A DNA stretch of 62,880 nt, filler included, from Squatina squatina (lineage: Eukaryota), in assembly GCA_031763465.1 (NCBI GenBank). It is 4 parts of 4 records of this genome, joined end to end, with 100 filler letters (N's around TTAATTAATTAA, not from the genome) between each part and the next. Parts side by side here need not be neighbours in the genome. Positions count along the whole stretch, not along the records: positions 17,043 to 30,899 come from JARFOE010000001.1; positions 31,000 to 44,314 come from JARFOE010000100.1; 2 more parts are not named here. One strand, given 5' to 3'. Of this stretch, positions 23,235 through 34,300 are shown piece by piece; within the stretch, counting starts at the first letter, position 1; each line of letters begins with the position of its first letter. The translations under genes and the position numbers were made by a program. The notes below the pieces were generated by a model. It made no database searches and was not told the DNA's origin. It was given only the letters and a program-made list of their open reading frames with translations.

Positions 23235-24197
23235 CAGCTGCGTCTGCAGGGAGTCGAGGACGCTCTTGAGGCCGTCGATCTCGGAACCGCGGGACTGGAG
23301 CAGCCGGTGGTACTCAGCCGTCTCCTCCCGGATCGAGCGGACCGCCTGGCTGTTCTTGTTGGCGATCTCGCTGACGGTGGCGAACTTGGTGCGGTACCAG
23401 TCCTCGGCCGCCTGCATATTCTTGTTGGCCAGCTTCTCGTACTGGCACCGGATCTCCTTCAGGGCCACGGAGAGGTCGGGCTTGGCCACCTCCACCTCCA
23501 CCGTCAGGTGGGCCGCCTGGATCTGCGCGGAGAGCTCGGCATTCTCCTCGCCGTGCACCTTCTTCAGGAAGGCGATCTCCTCCACCAGGGAGCTGATGTT
23601 GCCCTCGATGTCGTTGTTGGCCAGCACCACCTTGTCGGCCCCCTCCCTGACCTTCTGGAGGTTGTCCTCGGCCTCCATGCGCAGCCGGACCTCCTCCTCG
23701 TACTTGTCCTTCACCTGGGAGTAGACCTCCCTAAGGTGGTCCCGGTCAGCCTCCATCCTCATCTTCTCATTGGTCTCTGAGTCGAGCAGGGCGCGCAGGC
23801 CTCGGATCTCCTGTTCGTAGATGAGGTGGAGCCNNNNNNNNNNNNNNNNNNNNNNNNNNAGAGCCTCCAGCTCCACCAGCAGCACCTTGTTCTGCTGCTC
23901 CAGGAAGTGGACCTTCTCGATGTAGGTGGCGAAGCGGTCATTGAGGTCCATCAGCTGCTCCCGCTCCTGGGCCCTCAGGGTCAGCAGCTCGGCATTGAGG
24001 GTGCTGACCTGGGTGAGGTCCACCCTCTCCGCATAGTCGGGCAGGGAGGAGATCGAGCTGGTCCTCAGCGACCTCTTAGGGGCGGAGGTGCGGTGCACCG
24101 AGTAGAGGCTGGAGGAGATGCTGGACTTGGTGGGGCGGACGCACCTGTAGTCATCCCAGGGTTTTCGCAAGGGGTTGAAGGGGTCGTAGGAACTCAT
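23235..24197 (-). CDS. Type IV intermediate filament, neurofilament-light-like, exon 1 (3' end in gap)
   Basis: ACCATG start, Ser-rich head, [74 protein letters not shown]. The head and most of the rod are uninterrupted by introns, as in NEFL/NEFM/INA. GC3-rich codons. Confidence 0.9.
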
Positions 24198-24316
24198 GGT
24201 GAAGGCTGGTCCTGTCTTCCTGTCGTCCTCTCTCTGCCCGGCCCGTCTCCTGCTCCGCCGACAGATACTGCAGCAAATCTCCCTCCGCAGTACAGTAACA
24301 CCTGCTGGGCTGCTAC

Positions 24317-24395
24317 TTATATAAGGAGCCTGGTCCCACCCCCTTCCACCTTTCCTCAGGGAACGACTCCTTTATTGATCCAGGAGTCAGCCAAT
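24317..24395 (-). promoter_or_regulatory. Putative core promoter of the neurofilament-like gene: TATA box (24317-24324) and CCAAT box (24391-24395)
   Basis: TTATATAA lies ~120 bp upstream of the ATG, and AGCCAATCAG (NF-Y-type context) lies ~70 bp further upstream. Confidence 0.6.
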
Positions 24396-24516
24396 CAGGA
24401 AAACACCGCATTCTGANNNNNNNNNNNNNNNNNNNNNNNNNNNNNNNNNNNNNNNNNNNNNNNNNNNNNNNNNNNNNNNNNNNNNNNNNNNNNNNNNNNN
24501 NNNNNNNNNNNNNNNN

Positions 24517-25095
24517 ACCACATCTGGAGTATTGTGTGCAGTTCTGGTCTCCTTATCTGAGGAAGGATGTTCTTGCCATGGAGGGAGTGCAACGAAGGTT
24601 TACTGGACTGATTCCTGAGATGGCAGGACTGACGTATGAGGAGAGATTGGATCGATTAGGCTTATATTCATGAGAGTTTAGAAGAATGAGGGGATCTCAT
24701 AGAATATCTATAAAATTCTAACAGGACTAGACGGACTAGATGCAGGGAGGATGTTTCCCCTGGGTGGGGAGTCCAGAACCAGGGGTCACAGTCTCAGGAT
24801 ACGGGGTAGGCCATTTAGAACCGAAATGAGGAGAAATTTCTTCACTCAGAGAGTGGTGGACATGTGGAATTCTCTACCACAGAAGGCAGTTGAGGCCAAG
24901 TCATTAAATATATTCAAGAAGGAGGTAGATATATTTCTTAATGCTAAAGGGATCAAAGGATATGGGGAGGAAGCGGGAACAGGGTACTGAATTAGACGAT
25001 CAGTCATGATCATATTGAATGGCAGAGCAGACCCAAAGTACTGAATGGCCTACTCCTGCTCCAATTTTCCAAGTTGCTATGTTTCTATGTTTCTA
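24517..25095 (+). mobile_element. CR1 LINE 3' part (end of ORF2, 3' UTR, tail)
   Basis: PHLEYCVQFWSP...MFPLGGESRTRGHSLRIRGRPFRTEMRRNFFTQRVVDMWNSLPQKAVEA; tail CTATGTTTCTATGTTTCTA. Confidence 0.9.
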
Positions 25096-27428
25096 TTAGT
25101 GGTAGTTGTTTATGGGCAACCAAACAGTAGTGCTAATATATAAATCAGGAAATTAGAGGTGCATGTAACAAGGGTAATACAGTGATCATGGGGGACCTTA
25201 ATCTACATAGGCAACCCAAATTAGCAATAATAGTGTGGAGGACGAATTCCTGGAATGTATACAAGATGGTTTCCTAGATCAGTACGTTGAGGAAACAATG
25301 AGGGAACATACTATTTTAGACCCAGTATTGTGCAATGAGAACGGTGAATTAATAATCTTTTTGTAAAGGGGTCTTTAGGGACAAGTGACAATAATATGGT
25401 AGAATTTTACACTGAGTTTGATTATGATGTGATTCAATCCAAAACTAGGGTCTTAAATCAAAACAAAGGAAACTACAAAGGTATGTGGAGTGAGTTGGCT
25501 GTTGTAGATTGGAAATCTACATTAAAAGGTATGACGGTAGGTGAGCAATGGCTAGCATTTAAAGAATTAATAAATAATTTTAAAAATATACATTCCTTTA
25601 AGGCACAAAAATCCAACAGGAAAAGTGTTCCAATTGTGGCTAAGAAGAGAATTAAAGATAGTATTAGATCAAAGGAAGAGGCTTATAAAGTTGCCAAAAA
25701 AAGCAGTAAGCCCGAGGATTGGGAGGATTTTAGAATTCAGCAAAGGAGGACCAAGAAACTGATCAAGAAAGGGAAAATAGAATACGAGAGTAAACTAGCG
25801 AGAAACATAAAAACAGACTGTAAAAGCTTCTGTAGGTATGTAAAAAGGAAAAGATTAGTGTAAGCAAATTTCTTACAGGCAGAAACAGGAGAATTTATAA
25901 TAGGGAATAAGAAAATGGCAGAGAAATGAAACAAATACTTTGTGTCTGTCTTCACAGAGGAAGACACAAAAAAAACTCCCAGAAATACTGGAGAATCAAG
26001 GGTCTGGCGAGAGTGAGGAACTGAAAGAAATTAGTATTAGTAAAAAAAATAGTACTGGAGAAATTAATGGGACTGAAAGTCGATAAATCCACAGGACCTG
26101 ATGATCTGCATCCCAGGGTTTTGAAAGAGGTGGTTATAGAGATAATGGATGCATTGGTTGTCATCTTCCAAAATTCAATAGATTCGAGAACGGTTCCTGC
26201 AGATTGGAGGGTAACACATGTAACTCCACTATTTAAGAAAGGAGGGAGAGAGAAAATGGGGAACTGCAAACCTGTTAGACTGACATCAGTAGTGGGGAAA
26301 ATGCTGGAATCCATTATAAAGGATGTGATAACAGGACATTTAGAAAGTAATAATAAGATTGGGCAGAGTCAACATGGATTTACGAAAGAGAAATCATGTT
26401 TGACAAATTTGTTGGCGTTTATTGAGGATGTAACCAGCAGAATAGATCAGGGTAGATTTTCAGAAGGCTTTCGATAAGCTGCCACACACGAGGTTAGTTA
26501 ACAAAATTAGAGCACATGGGATTGGGGGTAATATATTGGCATATTGGTCAACAGACAGAAAACAGAGAGTAGGAATAAATGGGTCATTTTCAGGTTGCCA
26601 GGCTGTGACTAGTGGGATACCGCAGGGATCGGTGCTTGGGCCCCAGCTATTCACAATCTATATCAATGATTTAATGAGGGGACCAAATGTAATATTTCCA
26701 AATTTGCTGATGACAAAACTAGGTGGGGACGTGAGTTGTGAGGAGGATGCAAAGAGGCTTCCGTGGGGATATAGACAGGCTAAGTGAGTGGGCAAGAACA
26801 TGGCAGATGGAATATAATGTGGAAAAATGTGAAGTTATCCACTTTGGTAGAAAAAAACAGAAATGCAGAGTATTTTTTAAATGGTGAGAGATTGGGAAAT
26901 GTTGCTGTTCAGAGGGACCTGGGTGTCCTTGTACTCGAATCACTGGAAGTTAACATGCAGGTACAAGCAAGTGGTATGTTGACCTTTACTAAAATAGGAT
27001 TTGAGTACAAGAGTAAAGATGTCTTACTGCAAATATATCAGGCCTGGAGTATTGTGTACAGTTTTGGTCTCCTTACCTAAAGATATTCTTGCAATGAAGG
27101 TTCACCAGACTGATTCCTGGGATTGTGTAGACTAGGCCTGTATTCTCTCAAGTTTAGAAGACAGATGATTTCATTGAAACATTCACAATTCTTGCAGGGA
27201 GGGGGGGTCAGTGTTAAAATAAAGGGTCGGCCATTTAGGACTGAGATGAGGAATATTTGGAATTGTCTACCCCAGAGGGCTTTCATTGAGTATACTTGAC
27301 AGAGATCAAGGGTTTATGGGGATAGTACATGAAAATGGCATTGAGCTGGATCGGCCACGATCATGTTGAATGGCGGGGCAGGCTTGAGGAGCCAAATGGC
27401 CTACTCCTGCTCCGAGTTCTATGTTATG
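25096..27428 (+). mobile_element. Decayed CR1 LINE ORF2 (EN C-term, RT) through 3' tail
   Basis: VIMGDL, KSTGPDDLHPRVLKE, VPADWR..VTPLFKKGG, QHGF...SCLTNL, SGIPQGSVLGPQLFTIYINDL, KFADD; many frameshifts and deletions; tail CTACTCCTGCTCCGAGTTCTATGTTATG. Confidence 0.92.
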
Positions 27429-27639
27429 TGACTTGGAGGGGAACAATGGTATTCCCATGCCCCTTCTGCCCTTGTCCTTCTAGGTGGTAGAGGTCACGGG
27501 TTTGGGAGGTGCTGTCGCAGAAGTCTTAGCGAGTTGCGACACTTTGGGGTTAAGTGAGCATAGTTTAGTGGCTGCAGTAATGATGGAATTATTGTAGCAC
27601 CATCACTGCCCAAATTCTACTCCCTTGCTGAGACACTTG

Positions 27640-27750
27640 GGTAAGGGCATCAAGGGATATGAAACAAAGGCAGGTAATTAGAGTTGAGGTACAGATTAGC
27701 CATGATCTAATTCAGGGGCTGAATAGGCTACTGTTCCTATATTCTTATAA
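27640..27750 (+). mobile_element. CR1 3' tail fragment
   Basis: GGTAAGGGCATCAAGGGATATG...AGATTAGCCATGATCTAATT...GGGGCTGAATAGGCTACTGTTCCTAT. Confidence 0.65.
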
Positions 27751-29024
27751 TGGCCTGCTGGAAGCTGTGCAGAAGCGTACTTGCGCATAATTCTGGAACC
27801 AGGAGCATGATGCTTCTGTTTTACATGAGCCCACTCCCTTCCTGGTATTAACAAGCGCAGTCCTGTGATGAACCTGAAGCACGCTACTCCTTTATAATAG
27901 GGGCGATTATTAATAAAGTCTGATGAAAAAATTTGCAGAAGTGAGTGTTATACAGTGATGCCATACACAGGAAGGGGTGGTAAAGAATTTAAAACAAATG
28001 CAGCTTTTCTAGAACATAATCTTTAATTGAATTAACAGAATTGGCAATTACAACAATTCATGTAAAAACACAAGACAACAATATTAACCCAAAAAGAACA
28101 GTTTCCATAATCGTTACAGCTGTGGAAAGATCATTTGTACAATGTTGTAACCACCTAGTTAAACCGGTAAAATAAGAGAAGGGGAACACTTGGACCCAAA
28201 ATATACTTTGACTAAAGGTAGTGCGGGGTGAGCATCACTTATCAGGTTTGGCCGCACGTTCCTGCTGCTTTCGAAGCTCCTCTTGTCGCTGTGTCACGTA
28301 TTTCTGTAAATTAATACAAAGAGGTTTCATGTTTTGGGCACATCTATGGCGGGAGAGATTACTGAACCGGTTGATCATTTCTTGTGCAGTCCACTTCCTG
28401 ATCTGTCGTACTCCGGAGCACATCACGTCAATTACAGGTAGACTTTTTGCCACTGACTGGTTCATAGGCAAATTTCTCTCAATTGAACTCTGACTGACCT
28501 GAACTGCCACAGTTCCCCCAACAATTAAACTCTAATTGACCTGCCACAGGGTACTGCAGGAATCGGTTTTAGGGCCCCAGCTAGNNNNNNNNNNNNNNNN
28601 NNNNNNNNNNNNNNNNNNNNNNNNNNNNNNNNNNNNNNNNNNNNNNNNNNNNNNNNNNNNNNNNNNNNNNNNNNNNNNNNNNNNGGGTAATGGTTAGTTT
28701 TTAAAAACTTGAAGAGTTTTCTTTTTGTTGAGCCCTGGTTCGTCACAGAACGTGAATGGGTTTTGCGAGTTTCTCATCTTCACCACTGCTGCAAGAGCCT
28801 CATCTACGAGCCTTTTTCCCTGAAGAAAGGAAAACACAGATAAAATGACTGGGGGAAGGAACTGTGCTCAACATTGTATTCCAGAAGAGGCTTACCACGG
28901 TGAGATATGCGTGAAATCCCCATTTTTCTCAAATACAATGTTGCAAGATGTTTACACTTTGGCAGCCAGTGTCCCGCCAGTGCTGGTCACACTGTCAGCA
29001 GCAGTCCCCGTTCTAGTCTGCACC

Positions 29025-29350
29025 CAGTGTCAACATCAAGTACTTCCAGGCCAGTTATCAGTTGGTTAGACGCAGAGTAAAGCTCCCTCCACTCTGCACC
29101 AACTCATGTGAGCACACTCTAGTACACCAGTGTGACATGTCCACTTCTCAGGCCAGCCGTTTCACTGCGGCCTCTCTGATCGAGAATGCCCAATTCTGGG
29201 CACTGGCAGGGCATGGACTTGTACTCACTAGAACCTGGAATGAGAACGCCAGAACTTCATTTTGTTTAGGACCCTTCCAACCAGCAGAGGGGGGAGACTT
29301 TCGTCACCTCAGTCAGGGTTGTAGCGAAGCATAGTTCTTGAAGGTGGAAG
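29025..29350 (-). mobile_element. LF-SINE-like element copy
   Basis: GGCCTCTCTG..GAGAATGCCAATT, CACTAGAACCTGGAATGAGAAC..AACTTCATTTT, GACTTTCGTCAC resemble the reverse complement of LF-SINE as recalled; shares TCAACATCAAG.ACTTC.AGG.CAG with 57781-57805. Confidence 0.5.
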
Positions 29351-29869
29351 TGGTTTCAACACACCGCTCCATCAGGTCCTCAGAACTGCTGGCACAGAGA
29401 TTTTGTGAGATCAGCAGTTGGTTGCCAGTCGCTCGCTGGGAAGAACCCTGGAAATTCTTCAGGTGCGATAAATGCAGGTTTTAATGGCAGCAGGGAAGAG
29501 GCGCCAAACATCTTATTTTCACATCAGCTATTGTCTCACAACCCTTTCCCACTAAAACTGTTTTCCAATAGTGCAGCCCACTACATAATCTGGTGAAGTG
29601 ACGAGAGATTCAAAATCAGAAGACCTAAATGCATCACGAAGAACAAATTCATTCTCCCTAGAATTTGCAACAGTAACGGGCTGACTGAAACGATCGCCAC
29701 AATGTCTAACCATATCCAGCTGTGCTGAAACACCTTTGGACAAAATGTAACAGAAGGTTTGGATAGGTCGCTACCTGAAGAGAGGTTGATGGACTTTGAG
29801 ATTTAGATTCTGCAACTACTGTTTAAAGGTGAGGGATGATGGTGGTAGGAATCAAAACATTCCCTTTTC

Positions 29870-30035
29870 AGGTGCCCAGTTTCAGTGTCAGTCGCTCCAA
29901 AGGTCAGGTGTGGCCTGGCTAAGAAAAAAGTATAGCTCCTTGTACTGTCCCCAGTAATGTGCTCTGATTCTAACTTCAGTTCTGCACTTTCAGTGGCCTC
30001 TCCAAGTGAGGTTGATAATTTAGTTCCAGTTAATA
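29870..30035 (-). mobile_element. LF-SINE-like fragment
   Basis: AGCTCCTTGTACTGTCCCCAGTAATGTGC...TTCAGTGGCCTCTCCAAGTGAGGTTGATAATTTAG parallels 29080-29200. Confidence 0.4.
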
Positions 30036-30495
30036 CAAAAGTCGTGGCTATTTATGCTTTGGACACTTGCCTTCAGTACAAACAGCCCCTGGTTTCTCAC
30101 TAAGTGGATCGAGACTGTCCATGTGTGTGCTCTTTTTTATTTTGCTCATTTAACACAGAGGAAAATAGCACTTGACCAGTAGAATTGCAATTTATGTGGC
30201 ACGTTTGGTAGTTACAGATTACATTTCCAGAGCTGCTTGACAATCTTCCACCCTCACTTGCAATATGTTTCTGTCAGTTCTTGTTTTATAGGTCCCTTCT
30301 AGCCATCAGATAAAGGAGACACTTTTGGTGAAAAGACAGCATGCTAGCCAACGCGTCACCAGTTTCCTGAATTTGAATTTTAACTTTAATGCTTCAATTT
30401 TTTGTTTATATGTTTGACCCGTTCCCCACACCATTTCCTTCTGGGGCTCTCAGTTTCACACACTGTCCTTCAGGTGTGGAGGCAGGGCAAACCAA

Positions 30496-30899
30496 GGGGC
30501 TGAGATTGATTCGCTTATGGGGCGGGAGGCAGCATTTCTCGCGCCGGCTCCTGCCACGCCCTGCCCGCCACAGAATTCATTGCTCCAGGGCGCGAGCGAG
30601 CCGCAGCGTGCTCCCGGACGCAACTGGAGGAGCCGGCCTTGCATGTCGCTGGCGACATCATTTGCACTGCATCAACATGCTGTGTGCTGACATCAGCAGC
30701 ACTGCCAGGCCTCCCTTAAAGGGCAGGGACGCTGGCCATCTTGACAGCACCCCGCGGCCCGACACTGGGCCACCGGGGATGCCAGTGACCGGGCCACCAA
30801 CCTGGTACACCAGCCGGCGTTACAGCCGAGGGGATGATGGCCCGATCCGGCCGGGGGCTGCCATCATTCAGCCGACAACAAAGTTGGCCAACAAGTAAA
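30496..30899. mobile_element. GC-rich MITE-like element, left portion
   Basis: Begins GGGGCTGAGATTG (similar to the TIR at 1580); contains CCCTTAAAGGG and GGCCCGATCCGG...GCCATCATTCAGCCGAC, similar to 1738-1776. Confidence 0.55.
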
Positions 30900-30999
30900 N
30901 NNNNNNNNNNNNNNNNNNNNNNNNNNNNNNNNNNNNNNNNNNNTTAATTAATTAANNNNNNNNNNNNNNNNNNNNNNNNNNNNNNNNNNNNNNNNNNNN
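30900..30999. other. Artificial scaffold linker
   Basis: TTAATTAATTAA at 30944-30955 between two 44-N runs. Confidence 0.95.
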
Positions 31000-31345
31000 A
31001 CCCCTCTTTGTCTAACCCTATCAGCATCATCTTCTATTCTTTTCTCCCACATATGTTTATCTAGCTTCCCCTTAAATGCATCTACACCATTTGCCTCAAC
31101 CACTCCATGTGGTTGCACGTTCTACATTCTCACCACTCTTTGGGTAAAGAAGTTTCTCCTGAATTCCCTATTGGATTTATTAGTGACTATCTTATATTGA
31201 TGGCCTCTAGTTTTGGTCACCACCACAAGTGGAAATATTTTATCCATGTCTACCCTATCAAACCCTTTCATTTTCTTAAAGACCTCGATCAGCGTTCTCT
31301 TTTCTAGAGAAAAGAGCCCCAGCCTGTTCAGTCTTTTCTAAAAGT
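31000..31345 (-). mobile_element. CR1 LINE 3' region
   Basis: CTTCCCCTTAAATGCATCTAC...TTCTACATTCTCACCACTCTTTGGGTAAAGAAGTTTCTCCTGAA is the reverse complement of RRNFFTQRVVRM.N. Confidence 0.8.
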
Positions 31346-34300
31346 TCTCACCTGCTGATACTCAGTGCCTGGATCTCTACACATGAAAGCTAAGCATTAG
31401 AATGAGCTATCAGAGGACAGTCAGCGCCTGTACACCTGTAAGCAACATAAATCTTGTGTTTCTAGACAGTTGCTTTCGGAGAGGAGAGAGGAAAATTGTG
31501 GAAAGGTTAAAGATAGTACTTTTGTTTATTTTTTAATGAAAAAAGTTATGCCAATTTCTTTATGCCTCCTATGTTTTGCCTTGTCAAATTGAAACTGAAT
31601 TTGTGCTGATTTTTCAAAGCAGTTAAGAGCCATCTTATTGCCCCCAAAAATGTTTAAAATTTTAACTAGCATTCATTTTATAATATAGGAAATATCCTTA
31701 TTACACTACAAAAAAACATCTATCAATGGCCTTTCCTGCTGTGGAATTGTGATTCAAGAGGTGACTTCAATCACAATGCTGGTTGCACTGCCCTTTCTTT
31801 CATACAAATTTCACTGAATAGCACAATTTGGTGATGGAGTGGAAGAAAGACCCCAGATGGTGATGCTAGAAAGGTAGAAACTGCCTGTTTACATTAGAAT
31901 CTATTCACTGCCTCCCTCTGTACTCATGATATAAAATAGCAGTTGTTTGGAAATATATTACAAGCTGTTATACCACCTTAGGGCTTCTGCTGACTACACA
32001 AACTTTGAAGAGCTTTGTCTTTATGGCTTAGGACCCACTGAGGTATTGCAGACCTGCAATGCATTCCCAGTCAGATTTATTCTGTATTTTATGAGGGATA
32101 CAACTACATTTAAAGTAGATCGCAGCAACTAAAAATAATCTGATATTTTTTTTAATTGTATAGCGAAGACAACCAGCCCACATTGGGGAGGAAATATCCT
32201 TTACTAATGCTAGATATTTTCCGATTTGTTTGAATAAATTTACGAATGACATCCAGTGACGAATAAATTTACGAATGACATTTGTCAGCAGATGTTTAAC
32301 ATAGTGACAAGATAGCTGTATTACAATTAGAAAGTGAGCTGCATTTTTCAAAATGAAGAGTTGAAATGTACCCACAATATGAACATTTTTATCTGTGTGC
32401 AAGAAATGTAAATCTGATTACAACACACGTAATGCTGCAGTGCAAACAGCATCAACTACTTTAGAACAAAGTGATAATGACAACCCCAAGTACTCTGGGA
32501 TATTTTTTCTAAACTTAGTTCCAACGCAATCTACTTCTATTATCTTTAAAACACAGTCACCATAACTAATAACCCATATTACTGAATAATAATTTCAGCA
32601 AAACATCTATGTTGCTTTGTGCATCATTAAATAAAGATTAAGGCAAGTAGTTTATACTTCAACAGTCACATTGTGCTCTAAATCAGTTCTTCTGCACAGT
32701 AGGGACTTTATTACACTTCATAAATATCTGAATCATTGCAGGGAATGGTTGGTCACTTTCTTTTCCTAAAGCTTGCCACTCATTAGACTTGAATTTAAGT
32801 AATACAAAAAACAGTTTCCACACATGAGTTATATCACTTTTACACCAATAGAAAATTAGCTGCACCTACCAATGGTCTGGATATTTTCACCAGAATTTTC
32901 TGGGTCAGATCATTTGCAGATCAATTGGAGTAGTGTTTGGCATAGAACCCATGTAAAACAGGAATAACATGCTAGGGTGCATGGCAATTAAGAGNNNNNN
33001 NNNNNNNNNNNNNNNNNNNNNNNNNNNNNNNNNNNNNNNNNNNNNNNNNNNNNNNNNNNNNNNNNNNNNNNNNNNNNNNNNNNNNNNNNNNNNNTTTCAA
33101 ATCCCATTGTTTTTCTGAGGGGGCATGTGACATATTTACTATATTCTGGCAATGCTGTTATATAACCAGCTGTTGGGCAGTGGGCAAGAGCATTTTCTAC
33201 CTGCCCCTCACTGTGGATGGTCTGTGACAATGTTGGAAATCACAAACAAGCTGCATAAATATTACGGTGATATTATTTCTCATTTGACAGTAAGTTGAAA
33301 GTAAGTAAGTACCATTATTTTAAGTGTCTTTTATGTTTCAGTGAAAGGGAGTTTTGGTAGCACTTGAACTCAAGGGATGTGGTGTAAGTTGAAAATCGGG
33401 TTGACAGGTGATAAATCTAGTAGGGAGTCTCACGCCATTTGTAGTATATCTTCAGTCTGATGCAGTGCCATGTTGTAAAAATGCCCAGGCTGTCCACTTG
33501 ACTACACAGGCACTTCAGAAACATACTTTAGTGCTAAGAAAACAATCACTCTCAGTGCATGCTCTTAACATTACCACTTAACTAGTTGGGGAGCCAAGAA
33601 CTGCAGTTAAGTGCGCAGATGGGCCTGAGATGACAATCTGTCGTACAAAGGCAGCCTAAGGTGTGAAGGCACCTTAAGACAGTAACACTTATCAGAAAGG
33701 CTTAAAGGTATGTTGGCTTCCAAGACCAGAAAAGTGGACAATTTAGCTAATTGTTTTTCTTGCCGTACAGGATCTTNNNNNNNNNNNNNNNNNNNNNNNN
33801 NNNNNNNNNNNNNNNNNNNNNNNNNNNNNNNNNNNNNNNNNNNNNNNNNNNNNNNNNNNNNNNNNNNNNNNNNNNNATTGCAGAGTTTATTTTGTAGTGG
33901 CAGTGAAGTAGAAAAAATGAAATACAGCTGGTTAGCATTCACTGGCAATAAATTGACCTTTGGATTGTATAGTTCTTCAAACGTGACAAATTTGGCATGC
34001 TTTATTGAATCCAACTAACACTACTTGACTATCAACATAATTATTAAGTGGTATTACAAATCTCTTGATGTGTTCATTGATGTATCAATGCCCCTCATTT
34101 AAAAAGCTTGTCATTGTAGGATTCTCTCTAGACATACTTTCATATACAGATTGGCAAAAGGCCAAACTGAAAGTTACCGAGAGCAACCATTACACATTTT
34201 CTGTTCAAAGTCTGAAATGAAAAATTATGAGTAGAGGGAGCACTTGCTTTAGATTCCACACAGTCAGGCTCATTGCCAGCTTAGTTCAGTTTGAGAAAAC

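Noticed and set aside
23266-24416. Plus-strand ORFs of 152-196 aa
   Set aside because: Antisense shadows of the GC3-rich neurofilament-like exon.
25396-27286. RT-like ORFs as an active retroelement or novel reverse-transcriptase system
   Set aside because: Ordinary CR1 ORF2 broken by numerous stops, frameshifts and deletions.
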